62,878 nt of DNA, filler included, from Octopus bimaculoides (GCF_001194135.2; 5 parts of 5 records of this genome joined end to end with filler, not necessarily neighbours in it), one strand, 5' to 3'; positions 1-14,300 are shown, numbered from the whole stretch's first letter. Program-made: numbers and translations. Notes: generated by a model from the sequence alone, not told the origin.

Positions 1-449
1 TTTTACTGCGATCGTGAATTGTAAATCGGTTTCAACAAAACAGAAAGATAATTTTAGTAAATGAACGAAAGATTAATTAGGTGTATTTCTGATTCCAGCA
101 TTTTTTTTTTGGTTCAATACAGAGAGGACGGTTACTGATAATAATTTCAAAACTTACGACCGTGCGAAATGGATATTCCAAAGTCACGGCAACTTTTGAG
201 CTGACTGATTAAGAATTATAGGATTGTTGATATGTTTTGGTCAGAAATTTTACGGATCTAAAAGTCAAACCCATTCAGCCATTTAGTCTGTCGTGTTAGC
301 GACATCAATTACAAAGGGATGTTGATAAAAACTGATAGAAAGGGAGAGGAAGCCAAAGCATGAGTTTTAATGAAAGCATGCCCTCCGTAGTTATTTTATC
401 AAGATAAAAAGTATCTTACAGGCATTGAAATGATAGTTATTGGAAAAGA

Positions 450-1490
450 GGAGGGAAGTGGCAGACAAAATATTTCATATGCGTTTTTCTTTTAGCATAC
501 TTAGTGTAAGCAAAATGAAAAGAGCCAAATATCAATATAGCCGGGTTTCCTTTGAAACAAAGTCACTATTTTAACTCAGTTTTTATCTTACGAATTAAAA
601 GCAGCTCTAATATTGTAAACATCGATCGTGCGTACATTGTGTATGTGTTTTGTTTACATACCTTTTAGCTGCGGTATAGCGCCCTGCGAGAACTCCCTAC
701 ATGATACCTAGTGTTAAAGAGCATTGAATGTCCCAAAGCAGGCGGAACAACTCACTAGAAATAATCGAGAATGATAGATATCGATATTTTGTCATCATTG
801 TGGCTCATCAGTATCATGTACGCGAAACACCCCGAAACGAAATGTGCTACGCTGCTGCACATTAGAAAATAAACTTCACACTATTTGCAGACTATGTCCC
901 AGACCGGTGATTCATATAACAAAATGGGAAGTTGGAAAATAGTCTGGTATTCACCATTATTCACCATTACTCATGTTTCATTTGCTAATAAGAATCACAA
1001 AGTTGTACATATTGGATAAACATGTAAGAAATTTCCTATTAGAAATTCTTCAGACAGAGAATCAGATTGTACGATAGTGTATACATATTGAAACCCTTTA
1101 TGAATCATATACCTAGCTTTATAAGGGATAACTTTGTACAGTGAATATATGTCCTGATTTGAATTTATAGGATGTCTTGTATAAGGTAGGTGCAGTTTCC
1201 GCATTGGGATGACTACACCTTTTGACTATTGGAGTTCAGTTTTTGGAAGGCAATTTAGCACTGATCCGAATTACTGATGAATTTGGCCACGACCAAATTC
1301 ATGTACGCATGGTCAACCATCATTCCCATTGCAGTCTCGGATATTTGTAGATAAATGCTGCCGCTAAATTCGTAAGGAATTTACTGTGGGATGAAATTTA
1401 TTCCTTCAGTCATGTTTCCTTTCTCCATCCGGTCTGGAATTTCATTAGGGAACTTTTAAAAAGAAAGAATTTTGTGGCTTCCTGTCCATA
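450..1490 (-). mobile_element. Degenerate Penelope-like retroelement (RT plus GIY-YIG remnants)
   Basis: Manual minus-strand translation gives YEFSGSIYLQISETAMGMMVDHAYMNL (PLE RT motif F-x4-Y-x-Q-xx-GTAMG...YANL), then YTIV...L...YP, LVSCSAC and YHVGSSRRAL...KQNI (GIY-YIG-like). Many stops and frameshifts; boundaries approximate. Confidence 0.6.
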
Positions 1491-1503
1491 GTCATATGTT
1501 TAA

Positions 1504-1596
<93 letters not shown>

Positions 1597-1610
1597 CACA
1601 CACACATACG
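1504..1610. repeat. (CA)n microsatellite, representative of dozens of (CA)n, (TA)n, (GA)n, (TATC)n and (TACA)n tracts across the window
   Basis: Seen directly. Confidence 0.98.
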
Positions 1611-2329
1611 CATATATACATACATCCATATTATAAACTGCAATGGCAATACAATCAGCTTTGTACAGCAGCAATGATTGATAATATATAGGTTTCAATT
1701 TCACTTTATCTATAGTTGAACATAACTATAAGATCGCTTCATACATATTTATAATTTATAACTAACTTAACGCTACTTGGTGGTGACGTTGTACATAGAC
1801 TAGATAAAATAAGCTATAAAATGTTAACTACATCTGAAGACAATCAGTGTTCAAAATGATCATAAAAGGAAGTTTTAATTGACAAAATAGGAAGTTGTAG
1901 ATTCCTATTTTGTATTGAGCATTACATATGAAAGTAGTCAACTTTGACTAACTCAATTTCAGCGAAATAAAGACATAAAATATTAGTCTCTGAAATTTGG
2001 CACGTCCTGATAAATGTTAAGATTTACAAACAACTGTTAGACAGTTTTGTCAAGAACATAGTTATACTTTGTAATATGACATAATTGAGACTAATAATAC
2101 AAAAAAACAAACAAACAAAAACAGGTGAATTCATCAAGCGCATAAGATAAGCTTTCTATTCTGACCAACCCTTGAACTAGAAGTGCAACAAAAATAGGGA
2201 TTTTGGATATCTAATATATCATCATTCATACCATTATTATCGATGTTTGAAGAAACGCTATAAGCACGTATGCGCAATTAAAGCAATATTAATTAGCAAA
2301 AAAATTCTAACAAAATTCTCCAATAAAGG

Positions 2330-3060
2330 GTTGTTGTTGCTATAGCCACCGTTGCTGCTGTTCTTACTTTTGCTAACAGTTGTGATGCTGTTGGTATTCG
2401 AGCTGTTGTTACTGCTGCAGTTGTAATTGTATAACCAAGAAACTCTGTATATACTGGGTCACCATAACCTTCAAGGGTACGAGTAGGAGGCGCTCCTCTA
2501 CCATACATTTTCTCTATCCTGCAAGTTCTAGCCTTGAGAAGGCCCGCTTATTCGGGCCGTTCTTGCTATGTTCACAGCTCCACCCGGTCAACCCTCACTT
2601 TCATTTTCAAATGGAACTTGAAAAGTTGATGAGGGCTCGGTGACATCGTCCCGTTATGTATGTGACACATCCTTCCACCAATCTTCTTCACGCAGGATGC
2701 CTCTTGAAGCCTCAGGAGTGGTTAGAGAACCAGCACATAAATCGAGAGAAGAGATGGCACATATGAAGAACTGAGCGCATGACTCTGAATGATTCCGATA
2801 GATTCTAATTACTCTAACCACCATGCAACTTTTCTTGTACATTGCAGCGATTCAACTACGGAAGAGAAAACCGAAAGCAATCACCATGAAAGCAGCCCCA
2901 AGTTTAGATGATCAAATATGTCGGAAGATTTCGACCTATCACAACCCTAGATTCTTTGAGAACAGAACTCACAATTCATACACAACAAATATGAGATGCT
3001 AATAATAGGCATATTCCCTGTGCAAGAAAGAACAGCCCGTAATTCCTAGACTTCTCACTC
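2330..3060 (-). mobile_element. Degenerate 3' end of an L1/Tx1-like LINE
   Basis: Minus frame HQLFKFHLKMKVRVDRVEL resembles the Tx1-type C-terminal FKFHLKRKVRVER motif. It is preceded by a decayed Cys/His finger and followed by an (AAC/AGC)-rich tail. Confidence 0.4.
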
Positions 3061-3652
3061 TTTGTTCTGATAAAACTAGGATCCAATATGGGTAAAAAAT
3101 ATGTCAATTTAAAAAATATAAACCGCAACTTAATAAGCTAAAGAAACATCTTTCAGCTATGTGACATGAACCTAACCAAAATTTGAAACTGTAACGTGTT
3201 GTTGTTTGGAAATCTTCAATATAATCTTTGACAAAAAAAAAAAAATTGAAATAAATGAATAAATAAACAGATTTTTAAATTAAGTACTAACATTATCAAC
3301 GGGTTTGCTAACAGCTTGTTTTGGACAGTACAGCTAAACAGAACAGCTAACAGACCATTTGTCATCGGCATAATAATGCTTAAAATTTTAAAAAATACTG
3401 CGTTGTTAATAAATCTTCAGGAGGAGAACTGCTACACAAAACATCTGTGATAAATCTTCCCATATTTCATTAATTTTGAAAATGCAAAAAAAAAAAAAAC
3501 CCCAAAAAAACCCCCAAAAAACAAAAAGCAAAAACACAGTTGTGAATCCGGTTAAGTAATTGTATATAAATTTCCATAAAATAAATTTTCTTAAATTGCA
3601 TTTTTTCTTTTCTTTTGTTCCTACTCGAGTGGAAAAACTTATTTATTTTCTT

Positions 3653-3693
<41 letters not shown>

Positions 3694-4689
3694 CTTGGTA
3701 TTCAACGAAATATTGCTGCAAATGGATGTAAACAAAATATCTTTTTGATATCTATGACCACATATAAATGACTAAGAAGTAAGACAGCTATACAAGTGTT
3801 CTTGAAAAAACTTTATTGTCGGACACGTTGGAAATAAATCTCTTCTGTTGATTTCTCTATTTTAATTACACTTGCCTCTTCAATCATAAAAATATAAGGA
3901 TTTTTAATGGAACTTAAGTGTACAGCTTTATTTATATTAATTTTCTCGTATTTTTAGGATTAGCATGGATGTAGACGCTTAAAATACACATTAAACAAAT
4001 GGAAATGAAAAGCAGCTAGATATAAAAAAAGAATCAGTAAATATTGTAATAAGAAGATAAATTGACGGGATTGAGGAATTCGTACTTAACGCAATGTTAT
4101 CGATTTATCAAACTTGTCACCTACACAGAAGGAGAAAGATTATAATATTCTGAAATTGGTTTTCCTTTCTAAATTGAATGCAAGCATTGACAAGCTGAAA
4201 TGAATTAAAGCAAATTTGCATTACTTAAATTGATGTTTGTTTTTGGCGCATGTTTAGAAGAAAGCATCAAGAGAAAGCAAATTTAGAACAGTATATTTTA
4301 CAATTGCTAAATACAAACTAAAATCTAATTTGTATAGTTTTAAGTGGAATTGCACTGTCCACAATTTATTCATATGTTAAACCTCTTCTCTTGATGGAAA
4401 CTAAAATGAAAATTATATATATGATGGGATATATACTTTAATACTTACGTAAAAGGAATTAAATTATAGTGAGTTGTTTTCTCTTTTAGTACACCTTGTT
4501 TAAAAAAATCATCTATGTTTATAACGACATTCTATACAGGTATACTCATTCTATCTTGATTCAAGCAGATTTGGCGCACAATGTTAATTAATCAAAGTTG
4601 CAACGTTAATAACGAGAATGTAATTGTTTAGTAGACGGAAGCGAAAACAAAAGCTAATTGATTTACTATGTAAGCATTACTATTGATAA

Positions 4690-6900
4690 CTTAAGAGGTA
4701 CAACTAACTCATCATAAGACTCCGACTCCAGTAGGGACAATGATCTTTTGATGTTTGTATTTTCAATCTTGGAATTTTTCTACTTCCTCATACCAGTTAA
4801 GTAACACACTCTCAAGTGCTTTATTTAATACAATATTTGAGCTTGAATGATCTCTTTTCAACATTGATTGAATTTTCATTATCGGTAGTACTTTTATATG
4901 GTTGATTTCTACGACGTCTTCTGAATTATGGTCATACTAACTTTTTACACTTTCTTTTTATAGAAACATCAATGTATGATTGGTATTATTTTGTCATGCC
5001 TCCTGTTCTTATAAACCCTCTCAGTAAGCAGTTTATATTTAGAAATTACATTTGCAATAGTGTCTGTCTTTTCATCACAGAATCTACATGTAGAGGAGTT
5101 GTCGTCTTTATTAATGTTTTCTAATATGTATTAACCCTGGTTTATTGATGTAGCTAGGATCAGGCTTTCGATCTTTTCAAAATTCTCTTTGACTTTTGAA
5201 ATGTTTTCTGATCTCCATACAATTTAGTAATTTGAAAATTACAAAATTTACGAAGTAAATTCTTTGATTGTGTCGTTTGTTTCTAGCTCCAAAAATTAAT
5301 CGTTTTACCTTTCTTCAACCAACACCTTACTTCTACTTCTAACCAAACATCTACGCTTATAATTCTCTTCTTCTATTCTTTCCGTTGAAATACAATCTGC
5401 GAACATCTAACTCTAGATTCTCAGCAATATCCTTGATGTTTTCTCCTTAATTTTGTTAAGTTCGTCCTGTGTCTTCTTGATTACGCTGATGATCTATCAT
5501 ATGGTGAATACAGCTCTCGAGTTTATGGCAAAAATGAGATTCTTGTACGTCGTCTCGATAATTCTGTCAACGTTTTCGGCCCAGTAATCTAAATTGTTAC
5601 ATTTGTCCTCAGAAAGTGACAAGTCATTTGCAGAAATACTCGTCTTTTAGGATAGAATGGGCTATAATGCTCCCTCTAAAATTCTGCGTCGGCAACAAAG
5701 CTACAATACGGTCATTGACGGAATAAGAAAGGGTCTTGCTAATCGATTCTAGGCAGATGTGTATGGTACCCCAGCAACACGATACTCAACTGTTCTGATG
5801 AAGAGGTAGGTCAAAGAGAGTTATAGACTTTAATGCCTACAACGGCCGCCTATAAGTTTGAGACTACGCTGGAACACCTTCTCCAAACCTCATCTCACTG
5901 AATGCGGTGGAATTATGAGTAACTGATGGGGTAGATATTAACTTTCCCAAATTAAACTCCTCTGTAAGCATGGGAGTATTTGATGTCTTTTAAATACTGA
6001 GATAAAATGATTATATTATTTTTCATTAAGTTTCATATATTATGTGTGAATGACATTCCATATTTCTAAATTTTGTTCTATATTGGTGCTTTCAGATTCA
6101 AGATATAGTACCAGTCAATTCTTGGATTTGATGTAATTGGCAAGCTACGTATTTGCAAAATATTGGACAACGTCCTGGGGCTTTGAAAAACGAATCTGTT
6201 AAACTTCTTGTGGTCGTGTTTCGCCTGGATCTTCAGGTGGAGCAGAATAGGTACAATATTACAAACAGGTTGGACTGGTGTTCGAGATTTTTAAACGCAT
6301 AGGTAATTTTTTGCACCTTTTGTGCTACAAGTTTAAAGTACGAATTCTCGTTTATTATTCTTAGGCTAAATAAATATTATTTAATTTCTTCTTTATTCTT
6401 TTTGTGTGATGGTGGGGGGCGATATGATGTTGATATAAATTGTACTCTGGTGATCGTATTTTACATATGGGAACGATGGATATTGTAAATATTTGTAATA
6501 CATCATTAGCGTGGGACAAACTATAGTAAATTGTCTTATGAGTTATAATCCAAAATTCCGCAATTTCGAAGCAATATTTTTCGTTCTGTCATGTTAAACA
6601 CCAACATTGTGTTATTGAAGTAGAAGTAGTTATAATTATGATTGTGGTGTCAGAAATATGTCAATACAAGTCGCTCATAAGTTTGTCTGTCTTCTTATAT
6701 GCTCCCACAAACACATCCCGCTCTAGTTATTACTGTCCGTATCTTAGTAAACAGACTAAATATTGTTTCACCGTTTCAACCATACTGAGTTTGGACTGCT
6801 TAATGTATGGAACTTGCAAAATGATATTGTCAATAAATACAATTAAACAGCCATACCGCCACTTCTTATACATTTCTAATGAAAACGTACGAATTGTTTT
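4690..6900 (-). mobile_element. Degenerate RLE-type non-LTR retrotransposon (R4/Dong-like): RT, zinc knuckle and restriction-like endonuclease
   Basis: Minus translation: NLIFAINSRAV...ELNKIKEKTSRIL...DVRRLY (post-RT); CRFCDEKTDTIANVISK...RRHDKIIPIIH (CCHC finger plus RHD); SEDVVEINHIKVL...EKFQD (decayed RLE). Confidence 0.65.
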
Positions 6901-8039
6901 GCTTTCTGACTGGGACCTATTTTTCTGCCAATAATTTTTTATTAAATCATTTGAACCATCCAGCACATAGTCATTATTTCAATGATTGTGGCACTTCCAG
7001 CTTTAAAAGAAGACAATTATTTTTCGCATCAGCTGCAAGCTATTATCTTTTCCTAATAAGGGAATAAAACCAATTCTTTCTTTCAATGTCGTAGCAGTGT
7101 GTCCGAAACAGCCAGTTCTTGAGATAAGACCACACTATCTCAATGAAATAAAATTAATTTACGATTGACTTACTCATTTGGAATTTAATGATCAAATAAT
7201 TTTAATGGAGGAATATTGTTGTGGACTTAGTTTTGATAATTATTTCATCTATCATAATTATTGTGAAATAATAGATCTCATGTCCAATAAATAGTTAACA
7301 AGATTGTTTACAGAGAAACACACATAACTTAATTGGGTAACGCCAGGCAAATATCTAAAGATTTAATAATTGGTACTGCTTGTTATGCTGTTGCAATATT
7401 AAACCGAACGAAACGCGTAATATATAATATTCCATCCCAAAATTTGTAAAGTTTATCTAATAATATATCTAATCACAACTATATAAGTACATTTAGCTGA
7501 CACGTGACATTTATTACATAAATTGGTGGATATTTCTTTATATACTGTGCGTTTACAGTTAACACAAGTCCAGATTTAAAAACAAAGTCTAATTTGAAAT
7601 TATATCTTGAATATAATATACGAAAGATATCTCAAATATATAAAAGAACTATATAAGCTACTTCTGATGACGTTAATTGTGTTGACAATAAGTATAATTA
7701 TTATGATAAAGATAAATGCTAATAAATAATGATAAAGATAAATGCTAATAAATAACAATAATTACCGTATAGCACGAACATGCGCAACGAAAAATGATAT
7801 AGCATCAGTATCGTTTACTATTGCTACTGCTGCTGCTGGTTCCATGACCTCGACGTTTGCTTTAAAACATCAATCGTATAAGATGATAATAATGGAGGGT
7901 GGGGGTGGAGGAAATTAATGTAAAACACAATAAGACCAAAAGATAAATTTCTAATATTTAGTATCAATTTCAGGTCATTTAGTCGACTGATTACTGCATA
8001 TTTCTACACACGCTTTCCAACCAGCAATATTTTAATGGA

Positions 8040-8352
8040 TATCTAAATAACTTCGATTACAAGTACACATACGTTCATGTAAACACTGTTATAGGAATCA
8101 GATTCAACAGAATGAAAATTATGAATAAGGTCCCTTTTTTTTTCTTTCTGTTGAATCNNNNNNNNNNGTCCCTTTTTTTTTCTTTTTTTTCTCGACCCCT
8201 TTTGATCGAACTCCCCCCTTTTTCTCTTCCTACGATCCCTTTTGATCGACACACCCCTATTGTTTTTTTTTCTCCTTCCCCTCCCAAAAAGAAAAGCTCT
8301 ACATTGTATCTGTCCCATCTTTGTTGAGCCCTGTGTGGCTAATAAAAGAAAT
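8040..8352. mobile_element. Interspersed repeat (SINE/LINE tail); a second, inverted copy lies at 58107-58214
   Basis: Reverse complement atttcttttattagccacacagggctcaac..gatgggaca.atacaatgtagagcttttc matches 58107-58214 almost exactly. Confidence 0.7.
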
Positions 8353-8353
8353 G

Positions 8354-8354
<1 letters not shown>

Positions 8355-8426
<72 letters not shown>

Positions 8427-8435
8427 GCCTATCTG

Positions 8436-8505
<70 letters not shown>
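8355..8505. repeat. (ATCT)n tetranucleotide microsatellite
   Basis: Seen directly. Confidence 0.97.
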
Positions 8506-8508
<3 letters not shown>

Positions 8509-8641
8509 TTTTCTATCGATTGATTGATTCAAATACAGCCAGAGAGAGAGAGAGAGACAAAAGGTCAAACAAACCTGTTTTTAATTTTGGACTAGTGTTA
8601 ATGGTAATCGTACAATTAAGAAATATCGGCAAATGATATGT

Positions 8642-8691
<50 letters not shown>

Positions 8692-8879
8692 GATGTATAT
8701 AAATAAATATGTAGATAGGTAGGTAGATACATAGATAGTTAGTTAGAGAGATAGACAGACAAAAAGATAAATATATAGAAAGATAGATAGAGAGATAGGC
8801 GGATAAGAAGATACATATATATAAAGATAGATGATTGATAGACAGGTAGATAGAGAGATAGACTGATAGGCAAACAGAA

Positions 8880-8917
<38 letters not shown>

Positions 8918-9038
8918 ACAGACAGATAGATCGATAGATAGATACATACATTGATCGGTCGATATACAGACAGATAGAGAGATAAATAGACAGATATACT
9001 GATAGATAGGTACATAGCTTAGTGTGTGTGTGTATATG

Positions 9039-9081
<43 letters not shown>

Positions 9082-9084
9082 TCA

Positions 9085-9298
9085 CGAGGATACTAAAGAG
9101 TTCCTGGTTTTAAGTGTAACGCGAAAGACCTGGCTGGAGGTTCAACCTTCTGATTTATTTTACAAGGTTTACAAACCCAGAAGGACCGCGGCATCAAATG
9201 TTTGAATCTGATAGGAGAACATGTTGAATAAAATAATAATTAAATTATCCTCCTCTATTTTCTTTTACCCAAAACCAGGAACTATTTAGTACCCCTTA
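9085..9298 (-). mobile_element. ~215-bp mariner-derived MITE; copy 1 of 3, inverted relative to the copies at 36948 and 44864
   Basis: Imperfect TIRs cgaggatactaaagagttcctgg / ccaggaactatttagtacccct, TA flank, and internal similarity to the other two copies. Confidence 0.7.
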
Positions 9299-10210
9299 TA
9301 TATATATATATATNNNNNNNNNNNNNNNNNNNNNNNNNNNNNNNNNNNNNNNNNNNNNNNNNNNNNNNNNNNNNNNNNNACCTAGCAAGGTGCCTCAATT
9401 TAAGTACATAATTCAACTGAATCTTATATTATATTATATTATATTATATTATATTATATTATATTATATTATATTATATTATATATATATATATATATAG
9501 GCGAAGAGGAAGAAGATAATAGAGAAGAAATGGATGTATGAATAATTTATTTGCATGTTATAAAAAGATGAAAGTTTCATTTAAAAACATAACAGTACAA
9601 ACAAATTGATTACAGTTTGTAAAGTTAAAAAAAATAAAATGAATTAAAGAAACCTACATATATGTTTCAGTCCTATCACCTAACTGATCAGAATTTACAA
9701 GCATTTGGTCAAATGCTAAGAAAGGTACCATGTATTAACTATATCGTGGTAGTACTTCTTCAGGGCTAATTTAGGAATCATAGAACTCAGGAAGTATTTT
9801 TTTTAAGGATGCATAGAGTATTAGTGTGTTAAAAAACTAAAAAGCTATATATAGTAAGTGTATTTAGTTCATGGGTTTAATATATTCGTGAATATACCAT
9901 ATATTATTATTAGAAAAAAAACAAATAAAGTATGCATAAAAAAATTGAAATCAAGCTATAAAGATGAAATAAAATAAAATAGAATAAGAATGATAGTAAA
10001 AACATAAAAATAAAATAAAATAAAACATAAAAACCTATAGATTAGTCTTATTGGTTTAATGATAGATACATTTGTGGAAAGATATAGAGGAATAGCAATA
10101 TATGACATGATCTCGATGGAGGATAAATGAAAGTTTGAAAACTAAAGTTATAATGTATATCTAGTAAAACTTACTTATAAACGTTATTGATTTAAATGCA
10201 TATTATAGAT

Positions 10211-10259
<49 letters not shown>

Positions 10260-10724
10260 NNNNNNNNNNNNNNNNNNNNNNNNNNNNNNNNNNNNNNNNN
10301 NNNNNNNNNNNNNNNNNNNNNNNNNNNNNNNNNNNNNNNNNNNNNNNNNNNNNNNNNNNNNNNNNNNNNNNNNNNNNNNNNNNNNNNNNNNNNNNNNNNN
10401 NNNNNNNNNNNNNNNNNNNNNNNNNNNNNNNNNNNNNNNNNNNNNNNNNNNNNNNNNNNNNNNNNNNNNNNNNNNNNNNNNNNNNNNNNNNNNNNNNNNN
10501 NNNNNNNNNNNNNNNNNNNNNNNNNNNNNNNNNNNNNNNNNNNNNNNNNNNNNNNNNNNNNNNNNNNNNNNNNNNNNNNNNNNNNNNNNNNNNNNNNNNN
10601 NNNNNNNNNNNNNNNNNNNNNNNNNNNNNNNNNNNNNNNNNNNNNNNNNNNNNNNNNNNNNNNNNNNNNNNNNNNNNNNNNNNNNNNNNNNNNNNNNNNN
10701 NNNNNNNNNNNNNNNNNNNNNNNN

Positions 10725-10762
<38 letters not shown>

Positions 10763-10869
10763 TATATACATAGACATACACACACACACACACGCACACA
10801 TATATATATGCATATATATGGTGGTTGTCTTTTCCTTATGGAGAGTTTGACCACCTCCTGTTCCTAAAC

Positions 10870-11150
10870 CTTAGAACGATCATGGCATATAATGTGGCTT
10901 TTTAAACCAGACAATATTTTGAAAAGACATCCACATACATTTCATATCCTATTTGGACTATCTGGAGCTGCAGAAAAGTTCTGATATTTGTAGATCTTAA
11001 AATGTGTCCTGAGTCCTCCGTTAGATTTACAAACCTTTTGGCATACATTGCATTGAAAGGTGTGCACTGACAAATAGGCAAAATATTTGGTGGAGGTTCG
11101 TTTTCCATGGGTTCGCAAATAAGATTTGAGCCCAGCAAAAGAAAGGCTTA
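10870..11150 (-). mobile_element. 3' end of an RTE-type LINE with decayed C2H2-like fingers
   Basis: SFAGLKSYLRTH, FQCNVCQKVCKSNGGLRTH and SGLKSH repeats match the SxxGLxSHxRxH terminus typical of RTE ORFs; no TGEKP linkers. Confidence 0.5.
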
Positions 11151-11239
11151 CAAAAAGTTCATTGTGGTTAACTTTCTCCATCGTAACATTCTTCCTTAAA
11201 TCTCTCTATATATTCTTTTATTCTTTTATTTGTTTTAGT

Positions 11240-11435
11240 AATTTGACTGCGGCCATGCTGGAGCATCGCCTTTAGCCGAACAAATCGACCCCAGGACTTA
11301 TTCTTTGAAAGACTTCTTCTATCGGTCTCTTTTGCCTAACCTCTAGTTTACGGGGACGTAAACACACTAACATCGGTTGTCAAGTGATGGTGGGGGACAA
11401 ACACACACACACACACATATGCATATACACATACA

Positions 11436-11476
<41 letters not shown>

Positions 11477-11643
11477 GTATGACGAACTTTTTTCAGTTTC
11501 CGTCTACCAAATCCATTCACAAGGCTTTGGTCGGCCCGAAGCAAAAGTAGAAGACAATTGCCCAAGGTACCACGCAGTGGGAATGAACCCGGAACAATGT
11601 GGTTAGCAAGCAAGCTACTTACCACACACCCACTCCTGCGCCT
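11240..11643 (-). mobile_element. tRNA-derived SINE, family A (octopus type) with internal microsatellite
   Basis: Minus 5' end aggcgcaggagtgggtgtgtggt (A box) and gggttcattccc (B box); homologous to 48455-48900. Confidence 0.8.
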
Positions 11644-12385
11644 ATATATGTATGTATGTATGTATATATATATTTAATTCACTATTTAATTCACTAAAAC
11701 AGATAGTAGTAATCTACTAAAAGAACCAGTTGGAATTACCATGTTCAAGGATAGGACCACGTGCGCATGCAAGAAATAACAGTAGACTATGAATGTCATA
11801 CTTAATTTTAATTTCAATTTTATTTTATTAATAGCCCTTTTGTCTTCACACATATTTTATATTCATTTTTGATAAGGTTTTTCAAAAAACCGAAACATGT
11901 AAATTAATTAAAACACCCCAAAAATGTTTTAACAAAGCGGCGTTTTCATTCTTATTCATTTTTCAATATCTACTTACTCGTGTAGTACTTTTACAAATAT
12001 TTTCAAATATATATATATATATATATATANNNNNNNNNNNNNNNNNNNNNNNNNNNNNNNNNNNNNNNNNNNNNNNNNNNNNNNNNNNNNNNNNNNNNNN
12101 NNNNNNNNNNNNNNNNNNNNNNNNNNNNNNNNNNNNNNNNNNNNNNNNNNNNNNNNNNNNNNNNNNNNNNNNNNNNNNNNNNNNNNNNNNNNNNNNNNNN
12201 NNNNNNNNNNNNNNNNNNNNNNNNNNNNNNNNNNNNNNNNNNNNNNNNNNNNNNNNNNNNNNNNNNNNNNNNNNNNNNNNNTGTATGTATATGTATATAT
12301 ACATTTATACATACATACATATATACATACACACGTTTCTGAGTGTTTGTCTGTTTGTATGTGTGTGTGTGCGTGTGTGTGTGTA

Positions 12386-12417
<32 letters not shown>

Positions 12418-12463
12418 TGTGAAGCTGATAGGTAATGGGCTTGCCTCTTTCTGTTTATATCTA

Positions 12464-13741
12464 TCAGGTCATCCCATAAAGTTCTGTCCGATTTTAACTT
12501 TTTTAAAATTAAATGAAATTTAATAGTATTTTAGAATGTCTAATGAAATTAAAAATCATTTCTATGCATTTGTGTACATTTAAACTAATTAAATATTATT
12601 TTACAGAATAATAGAATTAAAATTTCTTTCGTTAAAACCCTTTCAAACATGGAAGTATGCAAAGAGCATTTGAAACACATAATGCTTCATGAGTACAAAA
12701 AAGAAAACTTAGCAGGCGAAACAACTTGAACCATACACTCAATTTATAGGAAAGAATGCTTGAATGAAAGAACTTGCAGAAGATGGTTTGCAAAATTCAG
12801 AAGTGGAGATTTCAGCCTTGAAGATGAAGATCGAACAGAACGTCCAGTTGAGTATGATGATAAGCTTCTTGAGGCATTACTTGAAGAAAATCCTGCATTA
12901 TCAGTTGAAGAATTGGCAATAAAGCTTAGTTCAAACCATACAACTGTTCATTGTCATCTTCAACAGCTTGGAAAGTTTCCTAAACTTGGAAAATGGGTGC
13001 CTCATGAATTGTCCGAAAGCAACCGCACATCCCGAGTTGACATCTGCTCTTCTCTCTATTCTCGCGAACTCATTTCACCCTTTTTGGATAGACTTGTGAC
13101 TAGTGACGAAAAATGGATCTTCTATCAAAATGTTAAACGTCGTAAACAGTGGTTTGGTAAAAGGGAAAAAAACTCAACCACAACCGAGAAGGGAACTTCA
13201 TGGGAAAAAGGTTCTTCTCTCTATCTGGTGGGATTGCAAAGGAGTAATTCACTTTGAATTGCTACCACCTAATACAACAATCTACTGAATTGTTACCACC
13301 TAATGCAACAATCTAATGCAACAATCTACTGTCAGTAATTAGAGCGTTTGAACGAAGCTTTGAAGGTAAAAAAAATACTCACTTTAGTGAATCGAAAAGG
13401 AGTGATGTTTCACCAGGACAATACGTAACCCCACACTGCAAAGATCACATCACAGAAGATCGAAGAGTTTGGCTGGGAAAAAATTCCTCATCCACCTTAT
13501 TCTCCGGACCTTGCTCCTTCAGACTACCATTTGTTTCGTAGTTTACAGAAACATTTGGGGGACGTAACTTTGGCAAGCCAAAAGAGTTTTACATTGATGG
13601 GATTAAAACGCTTGTAAATAGATGGAAGGAAGTCATAGATAATCAGGGAAAGTACATTGATGAAAATTTCAGTTAAATATAACATTTGATTACTTGTTTT
13701 CTTTATTCAAAATTCGGACAGAACTTATGGGGATGACCTGA
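12464..13741 (+). mobile_element. Full-length mariner transposon (D,D34D) with inactivated transposase
   Basis: Near-perfect TIRs tcaggtcatcccataa.gttctgtccga / tcggacagaacttatggggatgacctga, TA at both ends, 1278 bp. ATG at 12649; WVPHEL, TSDEKW, HQDN and YSPDLAPSDYHLF present, with 34 residues between the 2nd and 3rd Asp. Contains stops and frameshifts. Confidence 0.95.
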
Positions 13742-14256
13742 TATATATGAGTATGAATATGCGCTACCTCGCTATGAACGTAGTATCAGATACGTTTGAA
13801 CACAAAATACAAGATGGTGTAACAATAATATTTAAAATCTGAATGTGTAATTAATTGTTTTGCATATTAAAACACGTGAGCACATAAGTTGAGAGTAGAG
13901 TTCGTAAGTACAAAATTGATGTGTGCTGTATAAATTCTGAGTTTATTTTTGCCTAATCTAATGATTATACTATTATTTATGACATTGGGTCTATATTTCC
14001 GTTTATTAACAAGTTCGAAAGAAATGCTTTCTGATGTTCATTTTAACAAAACCTCCTCGCTTCGTATTTTCCCTATAATCTCTTATAATATTATATACAA
14101 TAATGACTGTAATTTCCTTACATAGTGATACAAATACTTCATATTTCCTCAGTGGGATTATGTTTTGGCGGTTAAAGAGAAAGATGCATTGATAAATCTA
14201 TGCATGTAGTCATAGATACATACTCAACCCTTACACACATATACACCACACACTCA

Positions 14257-14300
<44 letters not shown>

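Noticed and set aside
7660-7700. CTGATGA at about 7663 (also about 5787 and 54951) as hammerhead cores
   Set aside because: No downstream GAAAC-stem III-NUH arrangement
10942-11181. Possible host C2H2 zinc-finger gene
   Set aside because: Fingers are decayed, lack TGEKP linkers, are interrupted by a stop, and match RTE LINE termini better
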